Below are positions 58,524 through 64,000 of a stretch of 64,000 bases of DNA, one piece after another. The stretch lies in the NCBI RefSeq assembly GCF_009914755.1, contig NC_060933.1; one strand, 5' to 3'. Source of the stretch: the human T2T-CHM13v2.0 reference genome, Homo sapiens. The notes below the pieces were generated by a model. It had not been told where the DNA came from. It did not search any database and was given only the letters and a program-made list of their open reading frames with translations. The first letter of the stretch is position 1. Every line of letters begins with the position of its first letter. A program made the translations under genes and the position numbers.

Positions 58524-58965
58524 TGATGCAAGGTAGGCGAACCCCAAAGTGGGGCTTAGCCTGCAAGGGTTCTTGGCTTCACCCAGGAAAGGATTCAAGG
58601 GTGAGCCAGTGGTAAGGTGGAAGAAAACACCTTTATCAAAGCAACACTGTTACAGCTCCTGTGGGGTCACAGCTCAGTGACTGCTCCCAGGGTTGCCCCA
58701 TAGGCAGGGTGTCGAGAGTAGTGGCTGAGCCCAGTTTTGCAGTCATATGTATACCTACTTTTAATTACATGCAGATTCAGGGATGGTTTGTGCAGAAATT
58801 GTTAGGAAAAGGGTGGTAATTTTTGGGTCATCAGGTCATTGCCGCTGAAAGGGGTGGTAATGCCTGAGTGTTGCCATGGCAATGGTAAACTGACAGGGCA
58901 CACTGGTGGGTGTGTCTTACAGAAAGCTGCTTCCGCTCTGTCCTTGTTTAGCTAGCCCTCAATCT
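58524..58965 (-). mobile_element. ERV1-class (MER4 group) solo LTR
   Basis: tgatgcaagg..gaaccccaaagtggggcttagcc...gggttcttggcttc; MER4-group LTR read antisense. Confidence 0.6.
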
Positions 58966-59599
58966 TTTGTTTGTAAATTAGCAAGAGAGTCATGGCCTTG
59001 ACGTTTTATCCCAGAAGTACAGTGGACCCCAGAGCACTCTAGACCCAGGAGCCAAACCAAATCACAGCATCCCACAGTTGTGTCCAGCCCTCCATCACTG
59101 ATTGGCTGCAATCCAACAAGTGGCCCAGAGGGGAGGGTTCATTGAAAGCTCTTTGCTAAGTGACAGGCCTTTAAGGAGGAAAAGGCTCTTAAAGATTGGT
59201 ATGGGATGGGGGAAGTGTTTGTGGTCACCACGGCACCCCAAGGCTGTGGCCTTCTCTGAGCACCCTGAGACTCAGCCATGTCTTTCTCTCTGTTTTCCCA
59301 CAAAACCAGCCAGTGCTAAAGCATATCCTCCTGGCCTACAAACAGTGGCCATGACTTCCAACTCATCCAGGCTACTTCTGATTTAGTGTTAGGCCGCCCA
59401 CTTGATGTGTATGTTCCCATGCTGTGTCGACCCTATTACTTAATGAAAACACACAGCACTCGTTTGCTTCTCAACTTACTTCTCATGAAATATTACTACT
59501 CCTCCCCACCCAATCACAATCCTTTGCTGCCAAAAATCCCTTGCTACCCTGTACATTTTGCCCAATAAGGGAACCCCTCAGCACACACACACAATGGCC

Positions 59600-59745
59600 T
59601 ACTCAGAAGGCTGAGTCAGCAGAATCACATGAACCAGGGAGTTGCAGGTTGCAGTGAGCCAAGATCACGCCACAGTGCTCCAACCTGGCGACAGAGCAAG
59701 ACTCTGTCTCAAAACAAACAAACAAACAAACAAAAAACAAAAAAA
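59600..59745 (+). mobile_element. Alu right-arm fragment with (CAAA)n tail
   Basis: Partial Alu. Confidence 0.8.
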
Positions 59746-60108
59746 ATGCCTCACTCATCTCACTTATGTAATCATGACAGTACCATTAATTGTATTATCC
59801 CTATAATACAGATGACAGCTGCCAAAAATATGCAGAGAAGGGTTAATTAAACTGCATAACATTACTCAGAGAATGCATTCTTTTTATTCCATAGGTTTTT
59901 CTATTACAGTACTACATACACAGAGGCCTTCCATTGGAAATAACTTATAGGAATTATTGTAGGTCTCTTTGCACTTTCTTCAGCTCTTGGTTTAGGTCTC
60001 AAATTGTGAGTGATTTCTCTCTTTAGTGAAGTTGTAATGCAATTCATTACCATAGCAGAAAACACAGAAAATATTACCTATTTATTAACTGGAAATGCAC
60101 TCACATCT

Positions 60109-62885
<2,777 letters not shown>

Positions 62886-64000
62886 CTTGTTAAAAATGCA
62901 CATTAACCATTGAATCAAAACCATATATAAGCTTAGATAATTCAATTTCAACCAGATTATTCCTTTTATTCTTTAAATGATGGAGAACATTATAGCCATA
63001 GGCTCGTGCTGACAATTTTTCCTTAAATGAATGAAAAGATGAATTTATTTTTCTCAAAGAATTCTGTACCATTATAGGAATAAAAGATCAGCAGTTGTAA
63101 CAGGGAATGGCCAAAAAGCCTGAAATAACATTGCTGTTAAGAATTAGCTGTTACAAAATCGCCCCAAGAAATCTCAGTGCTCCACAAACTTCACATGGTT
63201 GAAGGCCATAATTATTATAAAAGTTGAACTATGTTAATTCAGAGATCACTGTCATTATTACTCTCAAGGATCCAAGAGCCATGCATAATCCCAGAACATT
63301 GCGTACCTAATCAGGAATGGAGAAGTAATGTCCTTTTGAATTTTATACCTCTGGGGCTGCCCATAAAAATCTTAGGATTTTGAGCTCTTTGAGGGTCATG
63401 ATTTTTACCTCTATTCTCTTTGTGTCCACAAACATCTAAGATATCAGTAATGTTATTCACTAATTTGCTGACAAAGAGGAAATTGAATAAAATTTAAATA
63501 TATTTACTCTGAAAGTAATAAAATTTAAATATATTTACTCTGACTATATGATCTTTAGAATAAACTAATTTTTCAGTGATTCATTCTGCACAATTTTAAA
63601 TCTTTTTCATAGTAACCTCAGTTTGCGTGACTTTAAATGGGAAAACTCACATTTTAAATGTATAATGAAACATCCTCATTTTTGATTTGAGTTCATTTCA
63701 ATAGATATGGAAATAATAGAAAATGTCCCTGAGGTCAAATTCCTGGGAAGTAGAAGCAAAAAAATACCAGATCTTTAAAGGTATTTGAATAAGTAAATGT
63801 TGCAGTCTGTACTTTATCAGTAAGCTATGATACAAAAAACAATGCATGGCAGTTGCTTGTCAATTTTGTGATTTATTCAGAAACATACATCTCTGCATAC
63901 ACTTACAGTTTTATACAGTAGTGCAAAACGTCAAAAGCACTGATGTTGCTCAAAGGAAATGTTAAGGAGCTAACTAAGGCTCGCTGCAAATTCCTTCACA

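Overview
Human (primate) genomic DNA from the chromosome 9 pericentromeric segmental duplications. The main gene is a complete four-exon SPATA31A (FAM75A) gene on the minus strand. Its CDS is join of 24621-24433, 23236-23179, 22610-22550 and 22294-18559, totalling 4044 nt or 1347 aa, with all introns GT-AG. Downstream on the same strand is a two-exon FAM74A-type ORF (159 aa) built from a 34-bp VNTR plus a hydrophobic tail; the pair best fits SPATA31A3/FAM74A3, but that paralog number is from recall. Between the two genes is a decayed processed pseudogene of PTS (6-pyruvoyltetrahydropterin synthase) that appears to lack exactly the 23-nt exon 3. The rest is interspersed repeat: about 28 Alus (including an AluYb8), L1s, a full-length Tigger1, two full-length THE1/MaLR elements and several solo LTRs. 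The most unusual observations are: the frame-rotating VNTR ORF; a SPATA31 exon fragment inserted inside Tigger1; a second templated insertion with fold-back junctions in a THE1 LTR; an 18-bp repeat of potential splice acceptors at SPATA31A exon 2; and an internally deleted L1 that places its promoter about 2 kb upstream of SPATA31A. I found no wholly new multi-gene system. Repeat subfamily names and boundaries are by eye.
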